Origin: an uncultured Aliarcobacter sp.
Lineage (GTDB): Bacteria > Campylobacterota > Campylobacteria > Campylobacterales > Arcobacteraceae
Assembly: GCA_963664305.2 (NCBI GenBank)
Contig: CAXXLV010000001.1
Span: 448,001 to 512,000 of the forward strand
Direction of reading: 5' to 3'
Length of the DNA: 64,000 nucleotides
Every line of letters starts with the position of its first letter. Positions within the stretch are counted from its first letter, which is position 1. This document shows, one piece after another, positions 10,692 to 21,450 of the stretch. A model generated the notes under the pieces. That model saw only the letters and a program-made list of their open reading frames with translations. It was not told where the DNA came from and searched no databases. Both the position numbers and the translations under genes were made by a program.

Positions 10692-11600
10692 ATGGAGATT
10701 ATAATGCTCACAGATTTTGCCAAATTGGAAACTTTTCTAACTGTTGTTAGAGAAAAATCTTTTTCAAAAGCATCTGCAAAACTTGGTATTTCTCAACCTG
10801 CAGTTACACAACAAATGAAATTTATTGAAGATTATTTAGATGTTCAAATTGTTGATAGAAAGAAAAATGGTATTAAATTGACTAAAGAAGGTCAAATATT
10901 ACATGGTATTGCTTTAAAAATTGAAAAATGTATTACTAATGCTGAAAAAGAACTATTAAAAATTATGAATAAAAATGTAACTTTTGTATTTGGTGCTTCA
11001 TTTATTATTGGTAACTATATTCTTCCAAGATTTTTAAATAATTTAAAAGAAAATATTCACAATGATGTATCGATAAATGTTTCAGTTTCTCATGAAGCTA
11101 TAGAAGATTTATTAGATAAAAAAATTGATATTGCTTTAGTTGAAAACTATGTTCCAAATGAAGATATTATTTATAGAGAATGGATGGAAGATGAGATTGT
11201 AATTTTCTCAAATCAAAAATTACCAGCAAAAGCTAAAGCAGAAGATTTATTATCATATAAATGGGTTTGTAGAAATCCAGAATCAAATACAAGATTACTA
11301 TTTAAAGAAAATCTTGAAAAAGCAAATTATCCTGATTGTGACACATTTAATGTTACAAGTGAAGTAACAAGTGCAACAACTATTGTTCAAACTGTTTTAC
11401 ATTCAGATAAAAACAGTACGCCAACAGTTTCAATTGTTTCTAGAAATGCGATTGAATCATTATTAAAAGCTGGTGCTTTATATGAATCAAGAATTGGTAA
11501 TCAAAAGATGATAAGAAAACTTTATATTGCTTACAGAAAAGATAGAAAACATGATGCATTTATTGAAAATGTTGTTGATTATCTTTTAAAAATCAAATAA
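10692..11600 (+). CDS. LysR-family transcriptional regulator (probable true start a few codons downstream, MLTDFAKL)
   Basis: HTH SFSKASAKLGISQPAVTQQM plus substrate-binding domain. Confidence 0.93.
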   Translation: MEIIMLTDFAKLETFLTVVREKSFSKASAKLGISQPAVTQQMKFIEDYLDVQIVDRKKNGIKLTKEGQILHGIALKIEKCITNAEKELLKIMNKNVTFVFGASFIIGNYILPRFLNNLKENIHNDVSINVSVSHEAIEDLLDKKIDIALVENYVPNEDIIYREWMEDEIVIFSNQKLPAKAKAEDLLSYKWVCRNPESNTRLLFKENLEKANYPDCDTFNVTSEVTSATTIVQTVLHSDKNSTPTVSIVSRNAIESLLKAGALYESRIGNQKMIRKLYIAYRKDRKHDAFIENVVDYLLKIK

Positions 11601-11625
11601 ATACTAGATTTTCTAGTATTTATTT
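11595..11625. terminator. Bidirectional hairpin terminator between the LysR gene and the radical SAM gene
   Basis: Perfect 14-bp stem AAATAAATACTAGA-ttt-TCTAGTATTTATTT between convergent stops. Confidence 0.7.
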
Positions 11626-12588
11626 CTAATAATTAAATCCCTCTTTTTCTAAAGCTAATCTAATATTTTTCATTTGTGTATGCTTATTTCTACACCATTC
11701 AGGTGATAATAGTGTATCATCATCAATTCCTGCTGTAATTCTTTGAACAGAAACATTTGAAGGTAAGTTTATTATTGACTTTACTACTGTATCAATATAT
11801 AATTCTTCTGAAATTGGAGTAAACTTTCCTTTTTTATATTCATTAGTTAACAGAGTATTTTTAACAACATATAAAGGATGGAATTTAATAGAATCAACAT
11901 TTAATTCAATAGTTTGATTAAACGTTTCAAGCATCATTTCTTGAGTTTCATTAGGCAGTCCATAAATCAAATGCCCACAAACATTTAAGCCTTTTTCTTT
12001 TGTTCTTTTAATCCAATATTTCATATTTGAAACATTGTCTCCTCTATTAATTTTTACAAGAGTTTCATCAAAAAAAGATTGAATACCATATTCAACCCAA
12101 ATCTCTTTAGTTTTTGACTTTTCAACTAAAAAATCCAAAATCTCATCTGTAACACAATCTGTTCTTGTTCCAATACTAAGTCCAATAACATTATCAAAAC
12201 TTAAAGCTTTTTCATATAAGGCTTTTAATGTAGGGAAAGGAGCATAAGTATTTGTAAATGATTGAAAATAAACTATAAATTTTTTAGCACCAAATTTATT
12301 TTCTAGTCTTTTTTTAGTAGCAAAAAACTGCAATTCTAATTGTTTTAATTGATTTTCTAAATAAGGATTTTCTTTTACATTTGGATTTAATTTGAACTTA
12401 GTTTTTTTTTCTTGTAAATTAGGGCTAAAAGAATCATTTTCACAAAATGAACATCCACCACGAGCAACAGTACCATCAATATTTGGGCATGTAAACCCAG
12501 ATATTGAGATAGGAACTTTATAGATTTTTTCACCAAATTTATTTTTTAAATATCTTCCGATAGTTAATACGTTTTTTAATTCACTCAT
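11626..12588 (-). CDS. TIGR01212/YhcC-family radical SAM protein
   Basis: GFTCPNIDGTVARGGCSFC, YFQSFTNTY and IKFHPL motifs. Confidence 0.9.
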   Translation of the reverse strand: MSELKNVLTIGRYLKNKFGEKIYKVPISISGFTCPNIDGTVARGGCSFCENDSFSPNLQEKKTKFKLNPNVKENPYLENQLKQLELQFFATKKRLENKFGAKKFIVYFQSFTNTYAPFPTLKALYEKALSFDNVIGLSIGTRTDCVTDEILDFLVEKSKTKEIWVEYGIQSFFDETLVKINRGDNVSNMKYWIKRTKEKGLNVCGHLIYGLPNETQEMMLETFNQTIELNVDSIKFHPLYVVKNTLLTNEYKKGKFTPISEELYIDTVVKSIINLPSNVSVQRITAGIDDDTLLSPEWCRNKHTQMKNIRLALEKEGFNY

Positions 12589-13937
12589 TATGCTTTTACG
12601 AAATAATCCCCGTTAAAACTCTCTAATGCATAATTTCTGTCATTTCCAATTGCATTTACTAAATCATCAACAGATAAATACTCTAAACTATCTGCTTCAA
12701 TATATTTACAAACTTCATCTTTATTCATGCTATTTGAAATTAATTCTTCTTTATGTGGAGTATCTATTCCATAATAACAAGGAAATTTAATCTCAGGACT
12801 TGCAACTCTAAAGTGTACTTCTTTAGCTCCTGCTTCTTTTAAAATTTTTACAATTCTTTTTGAAGTAGTTCCTCTTACAATTGAATCATCAATTACAAGT
12901 AAAGATTTTCCTTCGATTAAAGATTTCATTGGACTTAATTTCATTCTTACTTTTAAATCTCTCATCTCTTGTGTTGGTTCAATAAATGTTCTTCCAACAT
13001 AGTGATTTCTAATAATTCCATATTCAAAAGGAATTCCACTTTGTGCTGCATATCCTAAAGCTGCTGGAACTCCTGAATCAGGAACTGGAATAACCATATC
13101 AACTTTAATATTTTTATCTTTATCATTTAAAGCAAGTGCTTTACCCATATTTTCTCTTGTAACATACACATTTTTACCATCTATTACAGAATCAGGTCTT
13201 GCAAAATAAACATACTCAAATGCACAAGGTCTAAATTCAGGCTCAAATAATTGAATTGATTCTGGTTCAGCTTTATCTTCATCAAAAATCAACATTTCAC
13301 CAGGTCTTACATCTCTAATAAACTCCGCTCCAACTAAATCAAAAGCACAAGTTTCACTTGCAACTATGTAACCACCACTTTTTAATTTACCTAAAGATAA
13401 AGGTCTAATACCATATCTATCTCTAATAACAAATTGTTTACTTCTACTTTGAACAATAAAACAGTATGCACCAATAGTTCTATTTAAAGCTTCTTTAATT
13501 CTATCTCTTAATCTATCTTTTGTATTTTTTGCAATTAGATGAATTAAATTTTCTGTATCCATTCCTGTTTGGAAAATTGCACCTTTATCAATCAAGTCTT
13601 GTCTTACTTCATCTTTATTGATTAAATTTCCATTATGTACAATAGAAATTTCACCTAATTTATATTTAGCATAAACAGGTTGAGCATCTAAAATAGAATC
13701 TCCACCAGCAGTTGAATATCTATTATGTCCAATTGCCATATTACCTTTTAAATATTGTAATGCTTCATCTGTAAAAACTTCAGAAACTAAACCTCTATCT
13801 TTTTTTGTATAAATTTTTCCATCACAAGAAGAAGAGATTCCAGTTGCTTCTTGACCTCTATGTTGCATTGCAAAAAGAGCAATTGAAGCTAATCTTGCTG
13901 CATTATCATTTCCATAAATTCCAACTATTGCGCACAT
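12588..13937 (-). CDS. purF: Amidophosphoribosyltransferase
   Basis: N-terminal MC, QHRGQE, FEYVYFARPDS and DDSIVRGTT motifs. Confidence 0.97.
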   Translation of the reverse strand: MCAIVGIYGNDNAARLASIALFAMQHRGQEATGISSSCDGKIYTKKDRGLVSEVFTDEALQYLKGNMAIGHNRYSTAGGDSILDAQPVYAKYKLGEISIVHNGNLINKDEVRQDLIDKGAIFQTGMDTENLIHLIAKNTKDRLRDRIKEALNRTIGAYCFIVQSRSKQFVIRDRYGIRPLSLGKLKSGGYIVASETCAFDLVGAEFIRDVRPGEMLIFDEDKAEPESIQLFEPEFRPCAFEYVYFARPDSVIDGKNVYVTRENMGKALALNDKDKNIKVDMVIPVPDSGVPAALGYAAQSGIPFEYGIIRNHYVGRTFIEPTQEMRDLKVRMKLSPMKSLIEGKSLLVIDDSIVRGTTSKRIVKILKEAGAKEVHFRVASPEIKFPCYYGIDTPHKEELISNSMNKDEVCKYIEADSLEYLSVDDLVNAIGNDRNYALESFNGDYFVKA

Positions 13938-13949
13938 ATTTATTATTCC

Positions 13950-14723
13950 TTATAGACCTAAAGCGTCATTGATTGAGTATAATTTGGCTTCTTTACCAAC
14001 TATCCATTTTGCAACTTTTATTGCACCTCTTGAAAAAGTATTTCTTGCAGTTGCAGTATGATTTAATTCTAAGAATTCACCATCATTATATAATCCAACT
14101 GTATGACGACCTACAATATCTCCACCTCTTAAAGCCATTACTGCAATTTCATCTTTAGTTCTTGCACCAATTTGACCATCTCTTCCTGAAACTCTAACAT
14201 CATCTAAATTTAAATCTCTCGCACTTGCTGCATGTTCTGCTAATGTTAATGCTGTTCCTGAAGGTGAATCTACTTTATGTCTATGATGTTGTTCAACAAT
14301 TTCTATATCAAAATCTCTTAATGTCTTAGATGCTAAAGCAACTAGTTTATTTAATACAGCAACTCCTAAACTCATATTTGTTGCATATAAAATAGGTACA
14401 ATTTTACTAGCTTCTAATAACAAATTTTGCTGATGTTTATTTAATCCAGTTGTTGCAATAACTAAAGGTTTTCTTGCACCTTTTTCTACAACTTCTGTTA
14501 AAAGAGCTTCTGTTGCAACTGGTGCAGAGAAATCAATAATTACATCTGATGAATCAAATAAAACTTTCATATCATTTGTTACCACTGTATCAGCTGGTAA
14601 AATCTTTTCAATTTTTTTAGAAACATATACTGCTGATAATTTAGCTTCTTTATCATTTGCTAAATCATCTATCAACAAAGTTCCAACTCTTCCAGAGCTT
14701 CCTAAAATACCTATTTTAATCAT
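13950..14723 (-). CDS. dapB: 4-hydroxy-tetrahydrodipicolinate reductase
   Basis: [15 protein letters not shown] motif, N-terminal Rossmann fold. Confidence 0.96.
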   Translation of the reverse strand: MIKIGILGSSGRVGTLLIDDLANDKEAKLSAVYVSKKIEKILPADTVVTNDMKVLFDSSDVIIDFSAPVATEALLTEVVEKGARKPLVIATTGLNKHQQNLLLEASKIVPILYATNMSLGVAVLNKLVALASKTLRDFDIEIVEQHHRHKVDSPSGTALTLAEHAASARDLNLDDVRVSGRDGQIGARTKDEIAVMALRGGDIVGRHTVGLYNDGEFLELNHTATARNTFSRGAIKVAKWIVGKEAKLYSINDALGL

Positions 14724-14737
14724 TTCCTAATTATTCC

Positions 14738-15667
14738 TTATCCAATATATTCAATAATATTAACAGCTGCTGTTGCACCATCACCTGCTGCACAAACAAC
14801 TTGTTTTGGAGCATCAATTCTAATATCACCTGCTGCATAAAGTCCTGGAACTGATGTTCTCATTCTTAAATCAACAATTACTTCACCTGATTCATTTACA
14901 TCACATAAAAACGAACCATCTGCTTGTTTTAATGGAGCATTTAAAACATCTCTTCCTACAAATATAAATACACCTGGTGTTGGTAAATCTCTAATTTCAC
15001 CAGTTTCTTTATGTTTAACTTTTATTCCTTGAACACCACTCATATCACCATACACTTCTTCAACCATTACATTTGTAACTTCTTCAATATTTTCAGCATG
15101 TTTCATATGTTCAATTGTACTTGGAGCTGCTCTATATGTGTCTCTTCTATGAACTAAATAAACTTTTGAACACATTTTCGATAAATAAATAGCTTCTTCA
15201 ATAGCAGAATCTCCACCACCAACTACTGTAACTTCTTTACCTCTATAAAAGAATCCATCACAAGTTGCACAAGTAGATACACCTTTTCCAAAAAATTCAT
15301 TCTCACCTTTGAATCCAGCACGTCTAGGAACTGAACCTGTTGCAATTAAAACAGTTTTTGCTTCATACTCTTTTTTATCTGTAGTTGTTAATTTAAAAAT
15401 ATCACCTTCTTTTGTAACATTTTCAATTTGAGCCATTTCATGTTTTAATCCAAATCTTTGACATTGTTCTGGCCATTTCATCATTAAATCCATACCAGAT
15501 ACAACTTCAATTTGTCCTGGATAGTTTTCAATTTCAGATGAACTTGTAATTTGTCCTCCTGGCATACCCATTTCAAACATTACAACATTTTTTAATCCAC
15601 CTCTAGTGGCATATAATCCAGCTGTTAATCCAGCTGGTCCTCCACCAATAATTGCTAAATCTAACAT
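14738..15667 (-). CDS. trxB: Thioredoxin reductase
   Basis: GGGPAG, CATCDG and GGGDSA motifs. Confidence 0.96.
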   Translation of the reverse strand: MLDLAIIGGGPAGLTAGLYATRGGLKNVVMFEMGMPGGQITSSSEIENYPGQIEVVSGMDLMMKWPEQCQRFGLKHEMAQIENVTKEGDIFKLTTTDKKEYEAKTVLIATGSVPRRAGFKGENEFFGKGVSTCATCDGFFYRGKEVTVVGGGDSAIEEAIYLSKMCSKVYLVHRRDTYRAAPSTIEHMKHAENIEEVTNVMVEEVYGDMSGVQGIKVKHKETGEIRDLPTPGVFIFVGRDVLNAPLKQADGSFLCDVNESGEVIVDLRMRTSVPGLYAAGDIRIDAPKQVVCAAGDGATAAVNIIEYIG

Positions 15668-15829
15668 ATCAAGTCCTTATATATAATTAAGTTTATAGTT
15701 CATAAAATTTTTAAAAACAATATGATACTAAAATATTTGTAAGTTATAGGTTAAATTATATCTTAAAATATTAAGGAAAAATTTTATCATTTAATAATTT
15801 ATATCTATCTTAAAATTGATTTAATAAAT

Positions 15830-15859
15830 AAAAAAAGGGAGAAGTAAAACTTCTCCCTT
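15830..15859 (-). terminator. Rho-independent terminator of trxA
   Basis: 11-bp stem AAGGGAGAAGT-aaa-ACTTCTCCCTT followed by a U-run on the minus strand. Confidence 0.85.
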
Positions 15860-15882
15860 CCGTCAAATTATTATTCTGATTA

Positions 15883-16200
15883 TTATAATAATGAATTAAT
15901 TTTGTCAGTAAACGCTTGTTTAGATGAAGCACCTACCATTTGATCAACAACTTCACCATTTTTCATGAATAAAATTGTAGGAATAGATCTAATTCCATAT
16001 TTAACTGCTAAATCTTGTTCCTCATCTGTATTTACTTTACAAATTTTAGCTTTACCTTCAAAATCTGCTGCTAATTCTTCAATAACTGGAGCAATCATTC
16101 TACAAGGTCCACACCATGGAGCCCAGAAATCTACCATTGAAACACCTTCTTTTGTTGTTTCTTCAAAATTAGCTGCTGTAACTTCTATATATTTTCCCAT
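15883..16200 (-). CDS. trxA: Thioredoxin
   Basis: WCGPC active site. Confidence 0.97.
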   Translation of the reverse strand: MGKYIEVTAANFEETTKEGVSMVDFWAPWCGPCRMIAPVIEELAADFEGKAKICKVNTDEEQDLAVKYGIRSIPTILFMKNGEVVDQMVGASSKQAFTDKINSLL

Positions 16201-16383
16201 TTTATTTCCTTATTATTAGTTTTTAATTTCTTGATTTGTCAATATAACTTATATAAAAATATAATGATTGATTATAACTTGTGAAAACTTAAATTTAGTT
16301 TTACAATTATTTAACTTTTTACTAATAAAGCCTAAATATTTTTTTAGATAAAATAAGAGAATTTAATTTAAAATGGATAATTT

Positions 16384-18939
16384 ATGGATATCAGAAAAGA
16401 ATATTTAGAATTTTTTAGAAGTAAAGGACATGAAGTAATTTCATCTATGCCTTTAGTTCCTGACGACCCTACATTAATGTTTACAAATGCAGGGATGGTT
16501 CAATTTAAGGACATATTTACTGGTGCTATTCCAACTCCACAAAATCCAAGAGCTACTTCTTGCCAATTATGTGTAAGAGCTGGTGGAAAACATAATGACC
16601 TTGAAAATGTAGGTTATACAGCACGTCATCACACTTTATTTGAGATGTTAGGAAATTTCTCTTTTGGAGATTATTTTAAAAAAGATGCTATTGCTTATGC
16701 ATGGGAATTTGTTACAGTAAATTTATGCTTACCAATAGATAAACTATGGGTAACTGTTCATAATGATGATGATGAAGCTTTTGAAATTTGGTCAAAACAC
16801 ATTGATCCATCAAGAATTATGAGATTTGGAGATAAAGATAATTTCTGGTCTATGGGAGATACAGGGGCTTGTGGTCCATGTAGTGAAATTTTCTATGACC
16901 AAGGTGAAGAACACTTTAATAGTTCTGAAGATTATATGGGTGGAGATGGTGATAGATTTTTAGAAATCTGGAATTTAGTATTCATGCAATATGAAAGAAC
17001 GGCTGATGGAAAATTAAATCCACTCCCAAAACCATCTATTGATACAGGAATGGGTCTTGAAAGAGTAATTGCAATTAAAGAAGGCGTATTTAATAACTTT
17101 GATTCTTCAAACTTCAAACCAATTATTGAAAAAATAGAAGAACTTGCAAATAAAAAAGCAACTGCTGAGAACATTGGTTCATATAGAGTAATTGCAGACC
17201 ATTTAAGAGCAACTTCATTTATGTTATCTCAAGGTATTTTATTTGGAAATGAAGGAAGACCTTACGTTTTAAGAAGAATTTTAAGAAGAGCTGTAAGACA
17301 TGGTTATTTAATCGGATTTAGAAAACCATTTATGGCACAACTTCTTGATACACTTATAAAAATTATGGGTGGACACTATACAGAACTTGTTGAAAATAAA
17401 AACTTCATAAAAGAGCAATTAACTCTAGAAGAAGATAGATTCTTTAAAACTATTGATTTAGGAATGTCTTTATTTAATGATGAATTAGCAAATACTAAAG
17501 AGATTTTTTCTGGAGAAATTGCATTTAAACTTTATGATACATATGGTTTCCCTTTAGACTTAACTGAAGACATGTTAAGAGATAAAGGTTTAAAAGTTGA
17601 TTTAGCTAAATTTGATGAACTGATGAATGCACAAAAAGCAATGGCAAAAGCTGCATGGAAAGGAAGTGGTGATGCTTCTAATGATGGTGATTTTAAACAA
17701 CTAATTGAAAAATATGGAATAAATGAATTTGTTGGTTATGAAAATATCACTTATAAATCAAAAATTGTTGCACTTTTAGATGAACATTTTAAAGAAGTAA
17801 AAACTTTAGAAAAAGGCACTACTGGTTGGGTAATGTTAGATAAAACACCATTTTATGCAACAAGTGGTGGACAAACAGGAGATATTGGAGCATTAGAAGA
17901 TAATAAACATGTAGCTATTATCGAAGAAACTTCAAAATTCCATGGATTAAATCTGTCTAAAGTAAAAGTAGAAAATTCTACTTTAGCTCAAGGTGAAAGT
18001 GTTGATGCTGTTGTTGTAAATAGATATGAAATTGCGAAACATCATAGTGCTACTCACCTTTTACAAAGTGCATTAAAAATGGTTTTAGGAGAAAGTGTTT
18101 CACAAGCAGGTTCTTTAAATGATGCAAATAGATTAAGATTTGACTTTACATATCCAAAAGCAATGACAACTGAGCAAATTGAAGAAGTTGAAGATTTAGT
18201 AAACTCTATGATTGCAAGAGGTATTTCTGGAAATATTGAAGAATTACCTATTGATGAAGCTAAAAACAAAGGTGCAATTGCTATGTTTGGTGAAAAATAT
18301 GGTGATGTTGTAAGAGTTGTTAGTTTCTCAGATGTTTCAGTTGAATTTTGTGGAGGAACACACGTAAGAAATACAGCTGATATTGGAAGTTTTTATATTG
18401 TAAAAGAATCAGGTGTAAGTGCAGGGGTAAGAAGAATTGAAGCTGTTTGTGGAGCTTCAGCAATTAAATATACAAAAGATATCATTTCAAAAATGAATGA
18501 AATTCAAGTAGAAGTTAAAAATAATGACATTATTGCTGGAATCAAAAAATTAAAAGAACAAATTAAAGATTTGAAAAAAGAAGTTGAAGTGGCTCTTAGC
18601 CAAACTTCTGCTCCAATAAATGAAGAAATTATTGGTGATACTAAAGTTGTAGTTTCTATTGTTGAAAATGGTGATTTGAAAAAAATTGTTGATGATATGA
18701 AAAATGCAACTGAAAAACTAGCGATTTTACTTTTACAAGCAAAAGATGACAAAGTTATGATTGTTGCAGGAAGTAAAAATACAAATATCAAAGCTGGTGA
18801 TTGGATTAAAAATATAGCACCAATCGTAGGTGGAGGTGGAGGTGGAAGACCTGACTTCGCACAAGCTGGTGGAAAAGATGTAACAAAAGTTGAAGAAGCA
18901 AAAATAGCTGCTTTAAATTACGCAAAAGAAAATTTATAA
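16384..18939 (+). CDS. alaS: Alanine--tRNA ligase
   Basis: [28 protein letters not shown], editing HSATH and CGGTH, C-terminal GGGGGG. Confidence 0.98.
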   Translation: MDIRKEYLEFFRSKGHEVISSMPLVPDDPTLMFTNAGMVQFKDIFTGAIPTPQNPRATSCQLCVRAGGKHNDLENVGYTARHHTLFEMLGNFSFGDYFKKDAIAYAWEFVTVNLCLPIDKLWVTVHNDDDEAFEIWSKHIDPSRIMRFGDKDNFWSMGDTGACGPCSEIFYDQGEEHFNSSEDYMGGDGDRFLEIWNLVFMQYERTADGKLNPLPKPSIDTGMGLERVIAIKEGVFNNFDSSNFKPIIEKIEELANKKATAENIGSYRVIADHLRATSFMLSQGILFGNEGRPYVLRRILRRAVRHGYLIGFRKPFMAQLLDTLIKIMGGHYTELVENKNFIKEQLTLEEDRFFKTIDLGMSLFNDELANTKEIFSGEIAFKLYDTYGFPLDLTEDMLRDKGLKVDLAKFDELMNAQKAMAKAAWKGSGDASNDGDFKQLIEKYGINEFVGYENITYKSKIVALLDEHFKEVKTLEKGTTGWVMLDKTPFYATSGGQTGDIGALEDNKHVAIIEETSKFHGLNLSKVKVENSTLAQGESVDAVVVNRYEIAKHHSATHLLQSALKMVLGESVSQAGSLNDANRLRFDFTYPKAMTTEQIEEVEDLVNSMIARGISGNIEELPIDEAKNKGAIAMFGEKYGDVVRVVSFSDVSVEFCGGTHVRNTADIGSFYIVKESGVSAGVRRIEAVCGASAIKYTKDIISKMNEIQVEVKNNDIIAGIKKLKEQIKDLKKEVEVALSQTSAPINEEIIGDTKVVVSIVENGDLKKIVDDMKNATEKLAILLLQAKDDKVMIVAGSKNTNIKAGDWIKNIAPIVGGGGGGRPDFAQAGGKDVTKVEEAKIAALNYAKENL

Positions 18940-18949
18940 GGATTGAAAA

Positions 18950-19429
18950 TTGAGTGAATTATTTAACAATTTCTCAACTTTAATCGTTTTTTTACATCTT
19001 ATATCTGCAATAATTTGGATTGGAGGAATGATTGTAATTAGATTTGCAGTTCATTACTCTATGCAAAATATTGAAGATCCAAAAATTAAATTAGGAAGAA
19101 CTTTAGAAAATCTAAAAAGATTTTTTTCTATGGTTATTCCTTCTATTATTATTCTTTTAATTACTGCCATTATTATGATTATTGCTTTAGAATTAAAAGA
19201 AAGTGAACTTTATAAGTTTGCCATAGTAAAAGAAATAGTTTGGATGATTATGACTATCATATTTGTAGTTATATACATAAAGAGAAACCAAGCTCAAAAA
19301 GCTTTTGATAATGGTGATTTTGTAACTGCAAAAAATCAACTTACTCCATTAGCTAAATATCTTATTCCTACAAATATAGTTTTAGGATTACTTGCTATTA
19401 TTTTAGGAATAACATTAAGAGGATTTTAA
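18950..19429 (+). CDS. Four-TM membrane protein, CopD/DUF4149-like
   Basis: HLISAIIWIGG motif, hydrophobic helices, TTG start with AAGGA SD. Confidence 0.55.
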   Translation: MSELFNNFSTLIVFLHLISAIIWIGGMIVIRFAVHYSMQNIEDPKIKLGRTLENLKRFFSMVIPSIIILLITAIIMIIALELKESELYKFAIVKEIVWMIMTIIFVVIYIKRNQAQKAFDNGDFVTAKNQLTPLAKYLIPTNIVLGLLAIILGITLRGF

Positions 19430-19440
19430 CTCCTCTTAAT
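19414..19440. terminator. Hairpin between convergent genes
   Basis: 10-bp stem ATTAAGAGGA/TCCTCTTAAT spanning the stop codon. Confidence 0.6.
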
Positions 19441-19450
19441 TCTTTTTGAT

Positions 19451-20014
19451 TTAGTTATCAAAACTCTCGCTCTCTCTAGCAAAATAACCTTTCATAAAAT
19501 TCATTCTTACTAAACTATTAGAATAATTAGAATCTAATCTTGGTTTATCTAAATAGATATTTTTGTACTCTTTATTAAATCCAGATATTAATCTAGTTGA
19601 ATAAATACCTTTATAATCAATTATTAATAAATCTTCAAAAACTGTAAATTTATTTATAATGTTTACATAATATTTTTCATCAATTAAATAAGTTGAAATT
19701 TCAAGATTCTTATTTTCAATTCTCTCAACTAATTTTAAAGATTTAACTTTTATTGTATCTTTGAATAAATCAACAAAATAACCTCTTTGTAATCCATTCC
19801 ATTTGCATGAACTATCCAATCGAATATATTCTTTAAAAATTTTTCCATACATACTATCTTCTGAATTTGAAATATATGAAAAGTTTGTACAGTTGTCATA
19901 AGTAAAGAATTTTTTCTCATTATTTAATTTTATTTCTTCATCTAAATTTAAGTTTTGAGAAGAAACACAAGAATTTAATACAAAAATCAACAATGTAAAT
20001 AAAAAATATTTCAT
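19451..20014 (-). CDS. Hypothetical lipoprotein
   Basis: Start at 20014 (MKYFLFTLLIFVLNSC, lipobox-like) with SD AGGGGG; the longer start in the ORF track overlaps the promoter region. Confidence 0.65.
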   Translation of the reverse strand: MKYFLFTLLIFVLNSCVSSQNLNLDEEIKLNNEKKFFTYDNCTNFSYISNSEDSMYGKIFKEYIRLDSSCKWNGLQRGYFVDLFKDTIKVKSLKLVERIENKNLEISTYLIDEKYYVNIINKFTVFEDLLIIDYKGIYSTRLISGFNKEYKNIYLDKPRLDSNYSNSLVRMNFMKGYFARESESFDN

Positions 20015-20066
20015 CAAATTTTCCCCCTTGAAATAATAGTTTATTATACTCCTAAACAATTAAGAC

Positions 20067-20095
20067 TTGACATATTAATCATTTTTTTATATCAT
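20067..20095 (+). promoter_or_regulatory. Sigma70 promoter for the NlpC/P60 pair
   Basis: TTGACA-17bp-TATCAT. Confidence 0.65.
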
Positions 20096-20143
20096 AAATA
20101 AAATCTTTACTAGAAAATGGCTTTATCAGGGGGAAAATACAAT

Positions 20144-20767
20144 ATGAATATAAAAAATTTATTAATTATGTCTATTTATATTTCCTTATTTATGACAGGA
20201 TGTTCTTATAAAACTAGTGAAGAATCTGTTGATATGTCTACATATTATAAAAATAAAAATTCTATTCACTCAAATGCTTCTTTACAAGAAAGCGATTATC
20301 AAAAATATAAAAACTTTAAACAGCAACAACAATCAAAAAACAATTCAAAAAGTAGTATATTTGATGAATTTACAAATACAAACTATATAACTAAAAAAAC
20401 AGCTCTTAATAATGAACTATTTGATTTTTACAGTAAATGGGAAGGTGTAAGATATAAACTTGGTGGAGAATCTAAAAAAGGTATAGATTGTTCAGCATTT
20501 ATTCAAAAGGCATTTAAAGAAAAATTTGATTTAGAAATGCCAAGAACTACACTTATGCAAGCTAATGTTGGGAAATCAATTAAAAAAGATGAACTTGAGA
20601 TTGGTGATTTAGTTTTTTTCAAAACTGGTAAAACCAAGCATGTTGGTATATATATAGATAACGGTAAATTCATGCATGCATCAACTAAGACAGGTGTAAC
20701 AATCTCTGATTTAGATAATGATTATTTCAATAAAAATTATTGGAAAGCCCAAAGAATAATTGATTGA
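20144..20767 (+). CDS. NlpC/P60 (C40) peptidoglycan endopeptidase lipoprotein 1
   Basis: Lipobox MTGC; YKLGG..GIDCSAF, HVGIY and HAS catalytic motifs; ATG at 20144 follows SD AGGGGG. Confidence 0.92.
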   Translation: MNIKNLLIMSIYISLFMTGCSYKTSEESVDMSTYYKNKNSIHSNASLQESDYQKYKNFKQQQQSKNNSKSSIFDEFTNTNYITKKTALNNELFDFYSKWEGVRYKLGGESKKGIDCSAFIQKAFKEKFDLEMPRTTLMQANVGKSIKKDELEIGDLVFFKTGKTKHVGIYIDNGKFMHASTKTGVTISDLDNDYFNKNYWKAQRIID

Positions 20768-20789
20768 TTATTAACTATAGGAGAAAATA

Positions 20790-21440
20790 ATGATAAAAAA
20801 GTATTTAACTGTAATACCTGCTGTCTTTATATTTACTGCTTGTAGTAATAACATCCAAAATTTAGAAAATTCTTCTAACCTAAATAACAATCAAACTAAA
20901 ACTACTTTATCTTACGATGATTATGCAAAATTATATGAAACTAAAAATAAAACACAAAAAACAAGTGTTTTAACAAATTATGAAACTATATTCAATCCTA
21001 AAGAATATAAAAGTTCTAATAATAAAAACTATGAATTAGCTAATAATAAAGAAACTATAGTTTCTGAAATCCCAAAGAGAAAACAAGCTTTTAATGACTT
21101 TTATAATGAATGGAAGAATGTTAGATATAAACTTGGTGGAGAATCTAAAAAGGGTATAGATTGCTCTGCATTTACTCAAAGAATCTACAAAGACAAATTT
21201 GGGATAGAATTACCAAGAACAACTCTTACTCAAGTTAATATGGGTGTTGAAGTAAAAAAAGCAGAATTAATTCCTGGTGATTTAGTATTTTTCAAAACAA
21301 GTAAAACTGATAAGCATGTAGGAGTTTATGTAGGAAATGGAAATTTCATGCATGCATCAATTAAAGGTATCCAATTTACAAGTCTTGAAAAACCTTTTTA
21401 TAAAAAGAATTATTGGACTTCTAGAAGAATTATAGATTAA
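20790..21440 (+). CDS. NlpC/P60 (C40) peptidoglycan endopeptidase lipoprotein 2
   Basis: Lipobox FTAC; GIDCSAF, HVGVY and HAS motifs. Confidence 0.92.
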   Translation: MIKKYLTVIPAVFIFTACSNNIQNLENSSNLNNNQTKTTLSYDDYAKLYETKNKTQKTSVLTNYETIFNPKEYKSSNNKNYELANNKETIVSEIPKRKQAFNDFYNEWKNVRYKLGGESKKGIDCSAFTQRIYKDKFGIELPRTTLTQVNMGVEVKKAELIPGDLVFFKTSKTDKHVGVYVGNGNFMHASIKGIQFTSLEKPFYKKNYWTSRRIID

Positions 21441-21450
21441 TTCTTCCTTC

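Noticed and set aside
12402..12410. Poly-T/A tracts of 8-9 nt as phase-variation sites
   Set aside because: Expected at this AT content; reading frames are intact and no long poly-G/C tracts were seen
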